Positions 1-12,356 of a DNA stretch of 64,000 bases are shown here, piece after piece. The stretch comes from Raillietiella orientalis (taxonomy: Eukaryota): contig JAYWIR010000041.1 in the NCBI GenBank assembly GCA_036172245.1, positions 372,001 through 436,000 of the forward strand, given 5' to 3'. Both the position numbers and the translations under genes were made by a program. The notes under the pieces are model-generated. The model searched no databases, was not told where the DNA came from, and saw only the letters and a program-made list of their open reading frames with translations. The first letter of the stretch is position 1, and every line of letters starts with the position of its first letter.

Positions 1-419
1 TTTTGCGAGGAATTTCGTGATTTGAAAAAGAGTGTCCAGAAGTCAGTGCGGGGCTGCAGCCGAGCGCAGCATCAGCGTCCGGACCATCCGCGCGCGCGAG
101 AACGAAAAGCAGCACTCCTTCGTCCTCCTCCTGCTCGGTTCCTGAACGCCTCCGTCGGTTCCCTTGGCGATCAGAAGATCCGGATGGGCTCCACGCATGG
201 GAAGCTGAACGTGTGCGAATGCCAGAAAATGCTCCCATCCTCTCCCGCGCAAGGGCCGATCTCGTGCTCGCCGGGCCACGCTCGGTGTTTTCATGTTGTC
301 TAGTTCCAGTTTGGTTAGATGTTGGAGGCGACAAGGGACAAAAAAAAAAAAAAAAAAAAAAAAAAAGGTGGAATGCTGCTAACTCGGCGACTCTATGAAA
401 TCTGTTTGTAGAGCATACA

Positions 420-820
420 TAATTGATGAGTTTCAGTATCATCTACTTCAAGCTTAAACACACAGATCAGCTGTTAATAGGAATTAGACACCTAAGATTC
501 GAAGTCATTGATATTTCATTTCCGCAGTTAGATTCTGTGGGAACACTTATCACCTCCCCCAGGGATATTATTGTGGATAAACATAGGAGGACATCCTTTA
601 ATAATGAGTTGTCGTCCTAGGTGTTGGATTGAGTTCTCAACGCCAACTATCGATCCTTCATGACATGTAAGTAGCCATATTGCTCTTATTGTACATAAGT
701 GAGTTGGCGCTTTCATCTATGGCATTTTCATAGCTTCCGAGAGCCACGTTATTATGAATGTACACGAAGCAAATCAATAGGTGTTCTTCGGTGAACACGC
801 TAAATTCATGGTGTTCCTCC
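420..820 (-). mobile_element. Possible decayed non-LTR retrotransposon endonuclease (APE) fragment
   Basis: Minus-strand peptides LLICFVYIHNN, IVGVENS and PPMFIHNN loosely echo the APE motifs (ICSIY.P, IVGDFN, PTF.H) in the right order across frames. By-eye only. Confidence 0.2.
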
Positions 821-833
821 TTCCTCCCACCCC

Positions 834-836
<3 letters not shown>

Positions 837-874
<38 letters not shown>
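837..874. repeat. (TC)19 microsatellite
   Basis: Direct reading of the sequence. Confidence 0.95.
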
Positions 875-879
<5 letters not shown>

Positions 880-934
880 CCTTCCTCCGTGCTTTGGAAC
901 AGCTCGCTTCCTCACTCTCAAAGATCACTTGAAA

Positions 935-1075
935 TCCCCAATTAAACCACTGCCTACTCTCAAATAATGGACACACGCATTCATTTGTTTGGGCGATAAA
1001 TTAAGTGATAATAGGAAAGCGACTAATTGATCATTTATCAGAAAGGATCGATCACCTTTGATAGATGATCAAAAA
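935..1075. promoter_or_regulatory. Candidate intronic enhancer of Dll
   Basis: AT-rich island with CAATTA, TAAATTAAG, CTAATTG (1023-1029), TCF-type CCTTTGAT (1055-1062) and GATA-like cores. Function is inferred. Confidence 0.35.
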
Positions 1076-2413
1076 CAGAACGTTTTTTTTTTTTTTTTTT
1101 TCTTTTAACTTGACAAAAGTGTGGCTTCGGGGCCGTTTCTTAGCGAAAGGAAACTGCGAGCATGCCTTCAAAGAATCAGCAAAGTATGATCGATATGGAA
1201 ACGAAATCTCATCTGGTTTTCTCTTCCTTCTTCCTCCCCTCCCCCTCACTGCGTCGCAGGTGTATGTAGGGAAAGACCAATTGATAAAACGAGTCATTGG
1301 CTTCACCACTGCATGAACCGTGTACGGATTATTCCATGGATAGAGGAACAGGGGATGTCGCCTGCTCGGAGCGACAAGTCACACTCTTGCGAGTGGGACG
1401 CTTGCCCCACGGCCTTTCCCGGAGCCGCTGCGATCCCCTATTCTCGGAGGAATACCTGCCACGGCGGCGACGCTCATCCGTTTGGGTCTTCCCTTGGAAT
1501 GACACGGTTCGGCCCATTTGTCTTCGACACATCGCGAAGCATCCGTGGCTGGTGAAAAGCTGCGGTTCTGCCAGCGGAGGCCCCGTGGCCCGAGCGTTCG
1601 GGCCGGAGAGCGGCACGTCTGATTGCCCTCTGTGTGTGCAAGAAATTCCCGGCTGCTCGGACGTCTCTTTGGCGATTGTCTTCACGCTTCTGCGGCGTCT
1701 CGCGCCGTTTTCCGTCTTTTTCGACTCTCCGGCGAGAAACGGTCGTTTTCCTCGCCACCACATCTGCCTCCGTTCATCGTCAGACGGAAGAAGGAGGAGG
1801 AGAAGAAGAAGATGGAATTCTCGTGCTTTTTATTACGTAGAAGTTGTAAACTTTCGAGCGCTTTCCGTGTGCCTCCGCGTTCCCTCCTTGGCCGTTCGGA
1901 CGGCAAAGCTCAGACCGTGATTCCGGTTAGGCAGCAGAGCAAGCGAGGTATAACAGCAGCGTAGTGCTTTTTTGGCATGCAAAAAAAGATATTCGCACGT
2001 ATCCGTTGCCTCCATGCAACTGGCCAACCATGGCGCGTAGTCGGTTTTCACAAGGCTGAATCATCAAGCGAGAGAATATGAATTCGCTTTGTGCTTTCAC
2101 AAGGTCATTCATGGTGCATACATCCTCTTCTGGTCGAAGATCGTACGCTTCGGAAACCGTGAAGCATTTTCCTACCGACATGGCGACCACGCTGGAGAGG
2201 GAACGCGTTGCGAGGGGAAGCGAGACGAGGGCGTGTTGGGGGTGGCGATCTTTCCTTCCAGGATTCCCCCCCCCCCCTACGCAGCGCGGCGGGACCCCTG
2301 AACCGCTGACGCAACTTTTTTGCATTTTATTTCATTTTTTTCTTTTTTTTTTTTCATTTGCGTGTCTTTTTCTTTTTTTGCATTTTTCTTTCATGGTCTT
2401 TTCCTGATTTCAG

Positions 2414-2653
2414 GTGAAAATTTGGTTTCAAAATCGACGCAGCAAGTTCAAGAAATTAATAAAAGCGGCTCAGAACCAGCAAGGTTCGAGCGACGGAGGG
2501 AACCCTGCTGGCTCTCCAGCCGAAGATTCCGCTGCCTCCATGTCTCAGTTAAACATCGTTCCTGTCCAGAACAACGTCAGCCCCAAACCTCCAGAATCGA
2601 TCCAGTCTCCGAACGCCGGAACCATCCCCAGTTCCAATAACTACCTGACTCCG
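2414..2653 (+). CDS. Dll: Distal-less (Dll/Dlx) homeobox protein, internal exon encoding homeodomain helix 3 and the start of the C-terminal region (5'-partial gene)
   Basis: Long T-rich tract 2316-2410 then CAG|GTG acceptor (AG 2412-2413). Translation VKIWFQNRRSKFKKLIKAAQ matches the Dll/Dlx signature (VKIWFQNRRSKxKK..KAAQ). A phase-0 intron just before VKIWF is the conserved Dlx position. Probable donor CCG|GTAAAA at 2653/2654. Confidence 0.92.
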
Positions 2654-2710
2654 GTAAAACGCACTGCACTTTGCCCTAAAGATGATTCTTATCTTGTGAC
2701 TTGTTCGTAG
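2654..2710 (+). other. Probable 57-nt GT-AG phase-0 intron in Dll
   Basis: GTAAAAC...cttatcttgtgacttgttcgTAG. Removing it joins two Dll-like coding segments in frame and removes the only in-frame stop. Confidence 0.7.
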
Positions 2711-2905
2711 GTGAGTTCTGGTTCTTCGCCTCTGACCGACGAGCTCTCTCCCCAAAATCCCATCATGGCTGTGAATTCCCCTATAAATCATTCCTCATGG
2801 TATCCTCCTCACGACTTGAAACCTCACCCTTACATGTACCCGTATTCATGGTGCGGGCCCAACGATCAAGGGATACTCCAAATGAACCACGGAGTATTGA
2901 CTTAA
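2711..2905 (+). CDS. Dll: Distal-less terminal coding exon
   Basis: Follows ...ttgttcgtAG (2710), in frame with the previous exon. Encodes Ser/Pro-rich sequence, then DLKPHPYMYPYSW and MNHGVLT*, resembling the arthropod Dll C-terminal D.KP...YSW...N.G.LT motif. Stop TAA 2903-2905. Confidence 0.8.
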   Translation: MSSGSSPLTDELSPQNPIMAVNSPINHSSWYPPHDLKPHPYMYPYSWCGPNDQGILQMNHGVLT

Positions 2906-3402
2906 GCGGTGAGATGCTATGCAGAGATGCCACTAAAAACGGACCGACTCTTCCACTACACACACGTCAGCCGCGTCTGATGCAAAATTGCAACCCGCTG
3001 CTATTGGTGACGTTTCCGGGTTCACAGGACGATACGCCTCTCCCATTCACTTCTCTTCGTATCCCATATTCGATTTTTTTTTTTTTTTTTAACAAAAAAT
3101 CCATTTCCCAGAAGATGCATTTCCCACAGTTCATGAATCCGAAAACGACGCCGCAAACTCCAAGTCTCAGTGTTACCAGGTGTACCCTCTCTAGCTTAGT
3201 CACCACTGACGACTGGAAGTTAGGCGTAGCAAAATTGAAAGCAGGATGCGTTTGAAAAAGGAAAAAAAAAAAAAAAAAAAAAAAAACACGATGGATTTTC
3301 GCCCTATTGATTCAGTTTCGACATACGGAAGGAATTTTATGCAATGGTGGCGATTTCGCGTTGCGTCCAATGCATACGATTTGTTGTGCCTTTTGACAAG
3401 TA

Positions 3403-3408
3403 AATAAA
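3403..3408 (+). terminator. Candidate polyadenylation signal of Dll (3' UTR about 2906-3430)
   Basis: First AATAAA I see downstream of the stop codon, in AT-rich context (taaataaaatttattt). Confidence 0.45.
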
Positions 3409-6400
3409 ATTTATTTAGCAAGCTACCAATCTTCATTGTGGTTCCGATCCGGCATGGCGGTGGTGACGCGGGGATTCCTCTTTACAAAATCAGGGCGTTG
3501 GCAACCATACTTTGGGGGGGGGGGGGGAGGCCGCTGTGGCAGATTTGTGCAAAAATTCTTTCCTTTCTGGTTCGCTAAGTACCCAGGAACCGTTCACCTC
3601 CTCAGGAACTCGACGATGCTGCCACATGCAAGATGCCTTCTCCGAGGACCGAGCGCAGCGAAACCAGTTTGTCCATCAGGCTCTGGTGTCTCTCCCATTT
3701 TGCCTCGATCGAGCGATGATTCCAGAAAGAACGAACGAGAGGGGTGTTTTCCACCATTCTGGTCCGCCGAGCATCGTTTGCTGTGCGCTCTCCTCTTATT
3801 TGTCATCCCTGTCGTCGGTAAGCTTGAAAAATACGAGCAGGCGAACGTTCCATCATCTTGAGTTTTGGAATATTCTGAACGCACGCGCTTGGAAGAACCG
3901 GGGGTTGAAAGGGAATTTTCATTTCCAGACCTTTTTGACGATGAATCCCGCACTGCCGCATGATTTTGAACTCAGCGTTCGTCTAAGACGGTGGCTGTTT
4001 GCCCAGCGTTTAAGAACGGATTCCTCAAAACCTTCTGGAAGAGCATTTTCTGTTTTTTTTTCTTTTCTTTTTCCTGTTTCAGGATGATAACCTCGATCCT
4101 CCTGATTTCTCCTGCTATCCAGCACGTGGGTGCCCGTGGATCCCGTCGAGTGACCCCGTATGCGCGATGATCGGCTGCTGAGATGCTGCCAGGAACCTGC
4201 CTCAGCAGTCCGTCGTATCCGTAGCGATTTTCCTGCGTGCGGATGCGCTTGGGTGTGCTTAGAATTTCTGCGAATGTCCTGAAGCCAGTTGATAGCATCA
4301 CGCTTTGCTCTGGCAGATCATGGTTTGGCAGAGGAGAGAAAAAAAAACCAAAGAGTAAGAGAACAAAGGCGCACCTCACGTGGGCATCATCGGCAGGTTT
4401 CCGATACGAACCCAAACTCGCTTTGCATCAGTGGTCTCGTTTGCACTGGGTGTCACATGCAGATGGAATCACTGAGCATGGCTTTTAGAACCAAGGAGCC
4501 CCGGAGAGATTTCGGCAAAACGGGTGGGCGCCCTTTCGGAAGCGCTCCGTCCAGAAGAAGCTCTTCGGATCCGAGACGCAATGCTGAAGGAGCCGGGCGT
4601 GCGTCCACCGACGTCTGTTTCTGACCTCCCGAGCGCAAGGAGTCTCCGCGCCTCTCGCAAGCAGCACCCGATCGGCATTGCCGATGTCTTGTGTCTCTTC
4701 TAGCCTCGCTGCAGATGGTCACCCCACGGGTGCGCTGGCACACCCATGCCCTGAGCAAATGCATCCCTTGCCAACTGGTGCGAACAGCACGACCCCGCGC
4801 TCGAGGGCCTGCATTACTCCACTTCATCGGGGTGCTCCTGGATTTGCTGCCGAGGTGCCGAGCTCCCGCAAGAGGGAAGCGAGATGACACTGCAGAAGTA
4901 CGGCTTGTTTTAGTTTGGATATCAGGGCTGTGTGCTCAATTGGTGTCCCTTGCTCTCTCGTTCCGAGAATGGCGAAATGGGCAGTTCATATGCATCGTTT
5001 CTTCCTTCGTGTGAATCGTGATAAGCGTCACTATAATGCACCGATTCATGGTGATAAGGTTTTTCGGTTGATTGGATACTAACGATCCTGTACGGGCGGG
5101 AGAAGAAGAAGAAGGAAAAAAAAAAAAAGAAGTCAGTAATAGCCCTCAGTCATTTGCAATGCGATTGCGAAGTAGGTATTTCTGCCGAGTGTCTTATGGA
5201 CGCGAAATCCAAACTTCAGGGGTTGGATGTCTAGACGAAGATGAAAATGTTGGTGGACAAGCGAGGAGCAGTCGCGCCTATTTGCACCATCCGTCGGTGG
5301 TCGCAACGTGGGGAACGACAACAACCCGTGATGGTTTGAGAGGCTGCTGCTGCCGTTTGCACGGGATGGGCTGCAAGACCTCCGGAAAAATGTAAGTGCG
5401 TGAGAATCTGCTGCGGATGCACACCATCCTTTTCGGGTTGAGGGCGTCGCTGCTTCCCCTTCCCGTGTGCTTCCGTGCCTCGGAAAGCATCTTTGTTCCG
5501 CGGGTTGAATCCGGATTGAGGTTTTGTACGCAGCCGTCTCGGCGCGCGTACGTACGTTCCTCGGGAGTTGGCACAGCTGATGGTTCCTTCGAATCCCCGG
5601 GCGGATCTGCTGCGAATTCTGCGAGAGAGAATGTGAGGATGCTTCGGGAACGTGGGAACGACGTCGGGGCGACACGAGTTTTCCATGTGGGGAATTATCA
5701 TTTTGGCGGTTCTCCGGTCGCCTTTTGATTCGTAAACTGCGAAGGTTTCTCGAGGAGAGGTTTGAGGATGCTGCTCGACTGTTGAGCCCTCTTCCTGTTG
5801 AGTTCGCACACTATCCGGAATGAAAAATACAAAATAAAATAAGCTGGAATGGGAGCGATGAATTATCAACGCTACGAATTTTGCGCATTATGGAAATTTA
5901 TTTTTACATACGTCACGGATAGGTACGGTGGTGGTGCATTTTCTGCCTTCAAAACGCTCGTATCCGTGTCACGCGTAACAAGATAAGTGAAAAATAAGAG
6001 TGCTAGAGCACAAAGTGTTTCCTGGACCCTTTCCCCTTTGAGCCGGCATCGGCTGCGGATGATGCATTTTTATTAAAATCGCACCCCAGCTGTAGAAACA
6101 GGAGCTAATTCCGTCGCGGTAGGTTGAACCACTCCGCGATTGCCTCCCTGAAAGGTTTGGCGCGCGTCCTCTTCAAACGATCGTTCCGACTTTGGAGTCA
6201 TGCAGGTCCCATTGACGTTGTTTGGGGTCGGAAAAGAATAGTCCCACCGTCTCTGGTGGACGACTCGTATTCAACAGACGGGGCACCAGACAGGGTGGAG
6301 GTGCGTTCCCATGCTAGGCAACAAGACGCAGTGCCAGAGGTCGGAGTGACGATAATTGCGCGCCACTGGGGTGGCCTGGCCCTTGGTGTGCAGTTCCAGA

Positions 6401-7069
6401 ATATCGAAAGTTTATAAGAGTTCCTTTTCGATCCGCCCTTTTGGAGGCTGACGCCCCTCAGATCGAAGAACACACACACCGAGGCTGACGCCGTGGTTAC
6501 CTGAAACAAAGCGTGCCATCATCATCGGTGGTGACTTTATTAGGAAACTGATCTGTTAGGGCTTCCCGTGACCGCGATGATGGGTTTCCATGGCGACCAC
6601 TCCGTGCTTCCACGAGCGCGCTGCTCGAGGGAAACGAGTGGTATTTGTGAATTGCTATTGCACACAGTAAACGGAAAACACAAACGGAAGCCGTTGCATT
6701 CCCTTGGGGTGTGATGTGCTTCCTCAAGATGGCTGCAATGCTCCAGCGTTCCGACATCTGAATGCTGGGACATCTCCGGGCGAAATAAATTAGGAATCTG
6801 GACGTGAACTGGAGAATGGTGAGGAAACCTCAGAGAGGTGCTCTTTCACCATATCATCTTCTGTTGTTCATGAGAGAACCTAGACGTGCGATGGTCATGC
6901 AGGAAGAAAGGGTGATGGGGAAGTGCCATCGTGAGAACCATCATCGCACTGAGACGAAAATAATCGCCACCCTAAGAAACGAGTGAACCGGCGGGAAGAG
7001 AGGATGCTTGGAAATCCGAAAATATTGAAAATGGAAACTGCAGTCGTGAAGAATGTTGAAGGAATGGGT

Positions 7070-7330
7070 TCTGTTCGCGAAAATCGAAGACCACCATTCA
7101 GTTGAGGCATTTTCAAGCCTTCGGGTGGAAGAACCAGAATTTAAGCGTCGGTCATCCAGTTTGAACACTGGATGCCCAAAGTTCAAACTGGTCCGAGCCA
7201 AAGTACGAAGTGCCGCTCCAGAAGCGACGTCAGCCTGACAGGAACTACCACCGAGAATTCTACCGGTCCGCATTCGGAGAGGATCGTATTCGGTTACGCC
7301 GGGACGTTTATCTTGAAGAAAACAAAGAAC
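7070..7330 (+). mobile_element. Possible decayed Ty1/copia integrase C-terminal fragment
   Basis: Across frames: LRHFQAFGW (cf. LSHLRVFGC), KFKLVRAK (cf. KLDPRAK) and YRSAFGEDRIRLRRDVYLEENK (cf. YRI...RIIISRDV.FDE). Frameshifted; by-eye only. Confidence 0.3.
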
Positions 7331-8009
7331 AAGGAAGAAGGGAAAAGTATCTCCTCAGAAACCATATGAAATGCTTCCCCCCCCTCCCTCTCCAAAGAAG
7401 CCCTTTAGGTGCACCACCGTCCCACAAGCGTGCTTCGAAAAAGTGGGGAACAGAGGGAGGGGACAATAAATAATTAAGAAAAAAAAAAGACGGGAGGGCG
7501 GGGACAGGGGTGTTTGGTATGAGACGTTCCTTAATTTCTAGAAGCGGCTGTGGATGGTGGCGATCTCCCTGACGACTTCTTCTGGCAGGTGATGCTTCCC
7601 GTGACCCGCTGCCAAGCTGGTGACCTTTCCTCGCTGCGAACTTTAATCTAACACATGGCGAGCTGTCAATATGGCGGATATGCAACCGGTTGTTGCGATC
7701 ACAGCGCCCGTCTTCAGCCCGCCTCCGGTGAAAAAGCGCCGCAGCACGTCCAAAGAGGTGTCCTGCAGTTGTCAGAGCGCCGACGCGTGTCTCCGCCACA
7801 CGTCCTCCAAGACACTGAAGTCCAACAAAAGGTGCGAGAGTGATTCCATCTTCCCTCACCTTGAGCAGTTCTAAGAGGCAACTTGCCCGGGAAGCAGGTG
7901 CCCGCGCTGATTGTACCGGAATCCCCAGTGCAGAAACAGCATAAACGTCCTGCTTCCACCGGAGCGGGAACACGGAGGTGTCCAAACACAAGGTAGGGAC
8001 CGCGAGCTC

Positions 8010-8440
8010 TTCGGGGGGTACACGAAGCAGTTCACTCCACCCAAGCAGTCCCTTGGAGTGGCGGCATTCACCAACTCGCTCGCCTTCAGAGAGGCAGAAA
8101 ACCAAAATCGGGCAGAGCACGCTTGTTGCATTCCTAGGGATTTTCTCTTCCTCTGACTCATCGAAGCGGAAACCCAAGATGCATCTTGTTGCATCCTGGA
8201 ATCACAGAACACATCCTTGATGCTGTGCGTCCACTAACCAAATGGTTTCGTGAGACCAGGAAAGGGCCAGAAAACAAAGAAACGAGATACCTCATCCAAC
8301 CGCCACTGGATGTGGAGCACAAGTCCGGGGTCATAAATCTTTACAATCACGAGATCCACAGTAGCTCGAGATCAAATTGCCAATGGAACAAGCAGGCAGC
8401 GGAATTTAAGGTGGGAGACGTCCTTTCGCGTTGGGACTCG
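8010..8440 (+). mobile_element. Possible decayed Ty3/gypsy RNase H fragment
   Basis: VAAFTNSLAFREAENQNRAEHAC (cf. VAFASRSL..AERNY...E.EC), then RPLTKW...TRYLIQPPLDVEHKSGVIN...VGDVLSR (cf. DH.PL.W...RW.L....++.++.G..N..AD.LSR). Interrupted; by-eye only. Confidence 0.35.
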
Positions 8441-11400
8441 CCAGAAGCGCACCGACTGCTCCAGGAAAGAAGACAGAGAATGGGACTTCCCTCGTGAGGA
8501 ACAATCTAGAAGAGGAGATTTTTTCTTGTGGTCAGATAAGGAAAAAGGACTGCCGAAGACGATTCCCATTGGAGCATTTGAGGAAGTTTCAAATGCCTAG
8601 AGGAGATTGGCTTCCTTCCCCTCGCGTGGCGTTGCCCGAGATAAACGCAAAATGGAGCACTTGTCGATCATGAATCTGAGAAGCTCTGCGTTTCTTGTCA
8701 TCGAGATACCTTCGCTCTGGTACTGCCTTCAAAGACGAGCAGCGCGATGGGGACACGGGAATTTCGTTCTACTTTTATCGGAAATAATAATCATAATCAT
8801 AATAATAAAAGCAGGCTGCTTATTATGAATTTTCGAAATTCGATCTTGAGCAAGCCAACGCGGCCGCAGCGCAGCCGCTTGCTGGACGAATCGTTGATGG
8901 CTGTTTCTGTGACATCCACCTATGTGCCTTTCGTCGGAAGCGGAGTAAAAGTCGTTCAGCGAAGTCGGGCGAAAATCGCAGGGAGGGGGGAGAGAGTCAG
9001 GAGGGAAGGGGGGGGGGGTCCGATTTTTATCGCTAGCAGCGTCGTTCCGACATTAAAATCGAAAAGAGGCCGGGCTCTTCGTAGTCGTGAAGCAGGCCGC
9101 TGGAAAAGTCTGGTTCTCCTCAGAGTTCTGAGGTCCACATCTGGAAATTTCGACTTTGCGCTCTCTTTTCCTCCCCCCTCCCCCCTCCTCTCTCTCCCTC
9201 TCTCTTCGTGCTAGAGGTTTGTGGCGTCGCACGAGGACAGCTTTAGATCATCATCATCGGTTTTCATTGGTACTCCACGAAGAGGGAAGGACAAGCAAGG
9301 GTACTTGGATTCTTCGGAGATCAGTTGATTTCCTCCGCACTGTCTGGGGATTATTCGTTTGAAAATTCCAAGCTTGTAAAAGGCCAACTGACATCCGTGA
9401 AGATCATTAATTTTATGTACCTTTCTAGATGTAATTTCAACAAAAAAACAGCGGAGTTTCTCTTGAAGGGGGCTTGCTGATATTGACAAGGACTGTTTAT
9501 CTGAGTCCCATCAAATATTCAGTGATGTGCTTGCTCTTCGTTTGGGGTCAATAGAATGCCTTCCATGTACTTTGCAATTCTAATTTAGGCATCCGTGAGT
9601 GTAAGGAAGATTTTGTGAGACATTCCGAGTTCCTGTTGTCTTTGCTCGCATTCATCCTCTCTTTGAATTTTGGGAACATCCCTGGTATTTTTCCCAGTGC
9701 GTTTCAACATTGCTGCCGTTACATTACATTAGCAGCGTGTGGCAGCGAGAGTCTGACATTCTCACTGTCATACGTTGCTACACTGCTATTGCGGAAGCTT
9801 CGATCCGAAATCTCTACGTGTTGGAGTTGCGCGAGTTTGACATCTCTTTCGGCTCCGAGCTGCGAGGAAGAAGCAGGGATGGCGATGATTCACTTTCGAC
9901 GCTAACGGTAATTTGCGGGAAATAAAATGTAAGTTCGGAAGGAATGAACTTCAGTGACTTCTGCGTCGGAATTGCTTCGGGTTCGCAAAAAGCAAAAACC
10001 CCGGCACGGCCCAGCCGCTGGGTTTTTGTGACGAGACAAGGTGGACCAACAGTCGGCGGCCAGGGAGTCTCAGGTTTGCGATGAGAACGTAATAGAGTAG
10101 CCAAAAAAAAAAAAAAAAAACGAAAAGGAAAGAGAATGCGAAGAAGCCTACGATGCCGCAGCATCGACCACGAATCAAAATTCGTACCGACACTCGTAGC
10201 TGATTCACGTAGAATTAACAAAAAGTGTAACTGCCAATTCAGTATCGAATCCAAAAAAAAAAAAAAAAAGCATAGATATTCCATACACAGAGAGAGAGAC
10301 AGGGAAGTAGTAGCAATAATTCGATGCCTTTTTCTTGCTGGGAGCTTTGAGGAAAACGAAACGATGCGTTGCTGGGGGAACGGTGAGACGAAAGTTTCCG
10401 TATCCCGTTCTGGATAGCGATTCAGAACTCGGTCAGTCCGCACCGGACTGACCAAACTGCATTTTCATTCATGAAAACAAACCCTCATCAAATTAGTGAT
10501 CTCGAATACCTCCTGATACAGAGCGCCTGTGATTCTTACTCCGAGGGGTGAGGAGTGTACTTTTTTTCCCTTTTGGGGGAGGGTGGAAAAGTTCCTTTTT
10601 CTTGATGGAGGGTGGTAGCTTCTCTTGTGATCGTTGTGCTTCTTTCCTTCTGGGAGACTGCCCGGTCCTCTTCCCGATAGCATTCATTGCCACCTTTGTG
10701 TTCACGGAGCTTGCTCATCAACATGAGGAAACCCAAAAAGGAAAGAGAGGAAGAGCGAGTGAAAACATCTTTTCAGCTTGGATGAAGGCGTCATCTCAAG
10801 CAGTCGTTTTTTTTTTTTTTTTTTCGGCAAGACACGTCGGACTGTGCCTGTCCTCCTTGTTCGGTGAAAGCGCACTCTGAGCGATGGACCCGATCCGCGC
10901 CAGGTTGCCCAAGTGGTTGCTGTTGTTCCGCACGTCGCTTCTTGTTGCAGAAAAGACTGGGAGTTCGCCGGAGCACGCATGCACTGCGTTTCCCTTTGCG
11001 ATAAGTGGACCTCCACTTAGGATTCATGAAACGAGGAAAGTTTTGCATACGGAGGAGGAGACTTTCGTCGGGCGGAGAACGCCTTCAGCTCTTCATTGAA
11101 TATTTTGCCTCACTCCGGAGGCAAACCCGCTCTGTCGCTCTTGTTTCCGAAACAGCGTGCAATCGAAATGTGCACATTTTCATTTCCAGTTTCCGTCGGC
11201 AGCGATCAAAAGGCTGCTCCCCCTTGAAGCACGCTACACCCCAGCCGAAACGTCGCTTGCGGAAGATGCTCTTGTTCAAACCGAACGCTCGGAAAGAGCG
11301 GACCAGAGCCCTGTCGCTGGACCCAAAGTTTCGACTCGACTGCAGCCGAGGAGCAGTCGGAACTCGAAACGCAAAGCTTCATCCTCCCACCTTCCAGTTC

Positions 11401-12334
11401 GTTGGGGAATGCTTCGAGGCTGACCTTTAATTTTTCATCCAGCATCCCCGCAAGTTTCCTCTCGCCAACTTCTCTCGTCTTCAGGAATTTTCATTCTCGA
11501 GGACGGGAGATGTTTCGGAGCCTTCCTGTGCGTGCTGACCCCTCCGATTGTCATTACTTAATCATGCTGTTTCTCCGTGACCTCTGATGCGCTGGCCTTC
11601 TGCATTTCTTTCCTACAAACTACAAAGATATTGTCTGCAGGAATAAATAATTTTACTGCGGCAGAGGTGGTAACACTGACCCTGCGATGTCAGAAGAAAG
11701 CAACGAAACAGTGGAAACGTGGGCCTGGCAACCGTCTCGAGCGCGGTGTGCGCTTCCTGTGTACACCAGGAGCTCCCTGTTCGGAGCGAAACTGCATTCC
11801 TATCGTTCCTTCCTCATCGGAGATGAAATTTCGTTAGCCGCAGGTACTTTACGAATCGTTCGGGACGCTCCTCTTTCGATTGGAAACTCTTGCATGGTGA
11901 AGTGTGCAAAAGAGCCACTTTTTTTCTTTTTTTTGTTTTGAGCGTCGCAGATGATCTTGAATGGGATGAGGGAAGAAAGAAGAAGAAGAAGAAATGGGAT
12001 AGCCGCATTGTTTCTAGTGAATGATGATGGCATGCATCACCAGTTCCGTTAAAGTGCACGATCGTTATCTGAATTGCTCAAGATCGAAACAGAAAGTCAC
12101 TGCGTAATGATATTCGACAAGGATGCAGCAGGGTCGGTGCGAGCGCGCTTAAGCAGAGCGCGCGCGCTCTGCTTCGAATTCCCCAAGGAAAGTTTTTTCC
12201 AGCCCATCAAGCCGGGCTTCCAGGAGGAGCTGCGTGGATGTCGGCAAAGGACGTACCGACGAAAGGCGAAGCAGCTCATTCGCCCATCAGGAGCAAAGTA
12301 AGAATACGGTCAGATCCTCCCGACAGAACAACAG

Positions 12335-12356
12335 GAGAGAGAGAGAGAGAGAGAGG
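12335..12356. repeat. (GA)n microsatellite
   Basis: Direct reading. Other short tracts are (GAAA)n ~12507-12535, (TTC)n ~13609-13631 and (TG)10 18801-18820. Confidence 0.9.

Noticed and set aside
340..367. Long poly(A)/poly(T)/poly(G) runs here and throughout the window
   Set aside because: Ubiquitous simple sequence with no consistent upstream element or TSD. Run lengths may also be sequencing-dependent.
2414..2710. ORF track calls a 98-aa protein starting 'MKIWFQ'
   Set aside because: The GTG is Val after a splice acceptor, not a start codon. This is an internal exon plus the probable intron.
6000..6560. Tc1/mariner-like hints on the minus strand (FREAIAEWFNLP, GAPS)
   Set aside because: No DDE/D motif, WPxxSPDL motif or TIRs could be identified; too weak to call.
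7671..7874. ORF with NLS-like PPPVKKRR
   Set aside because: Short, with no domain and no convincing splice context.
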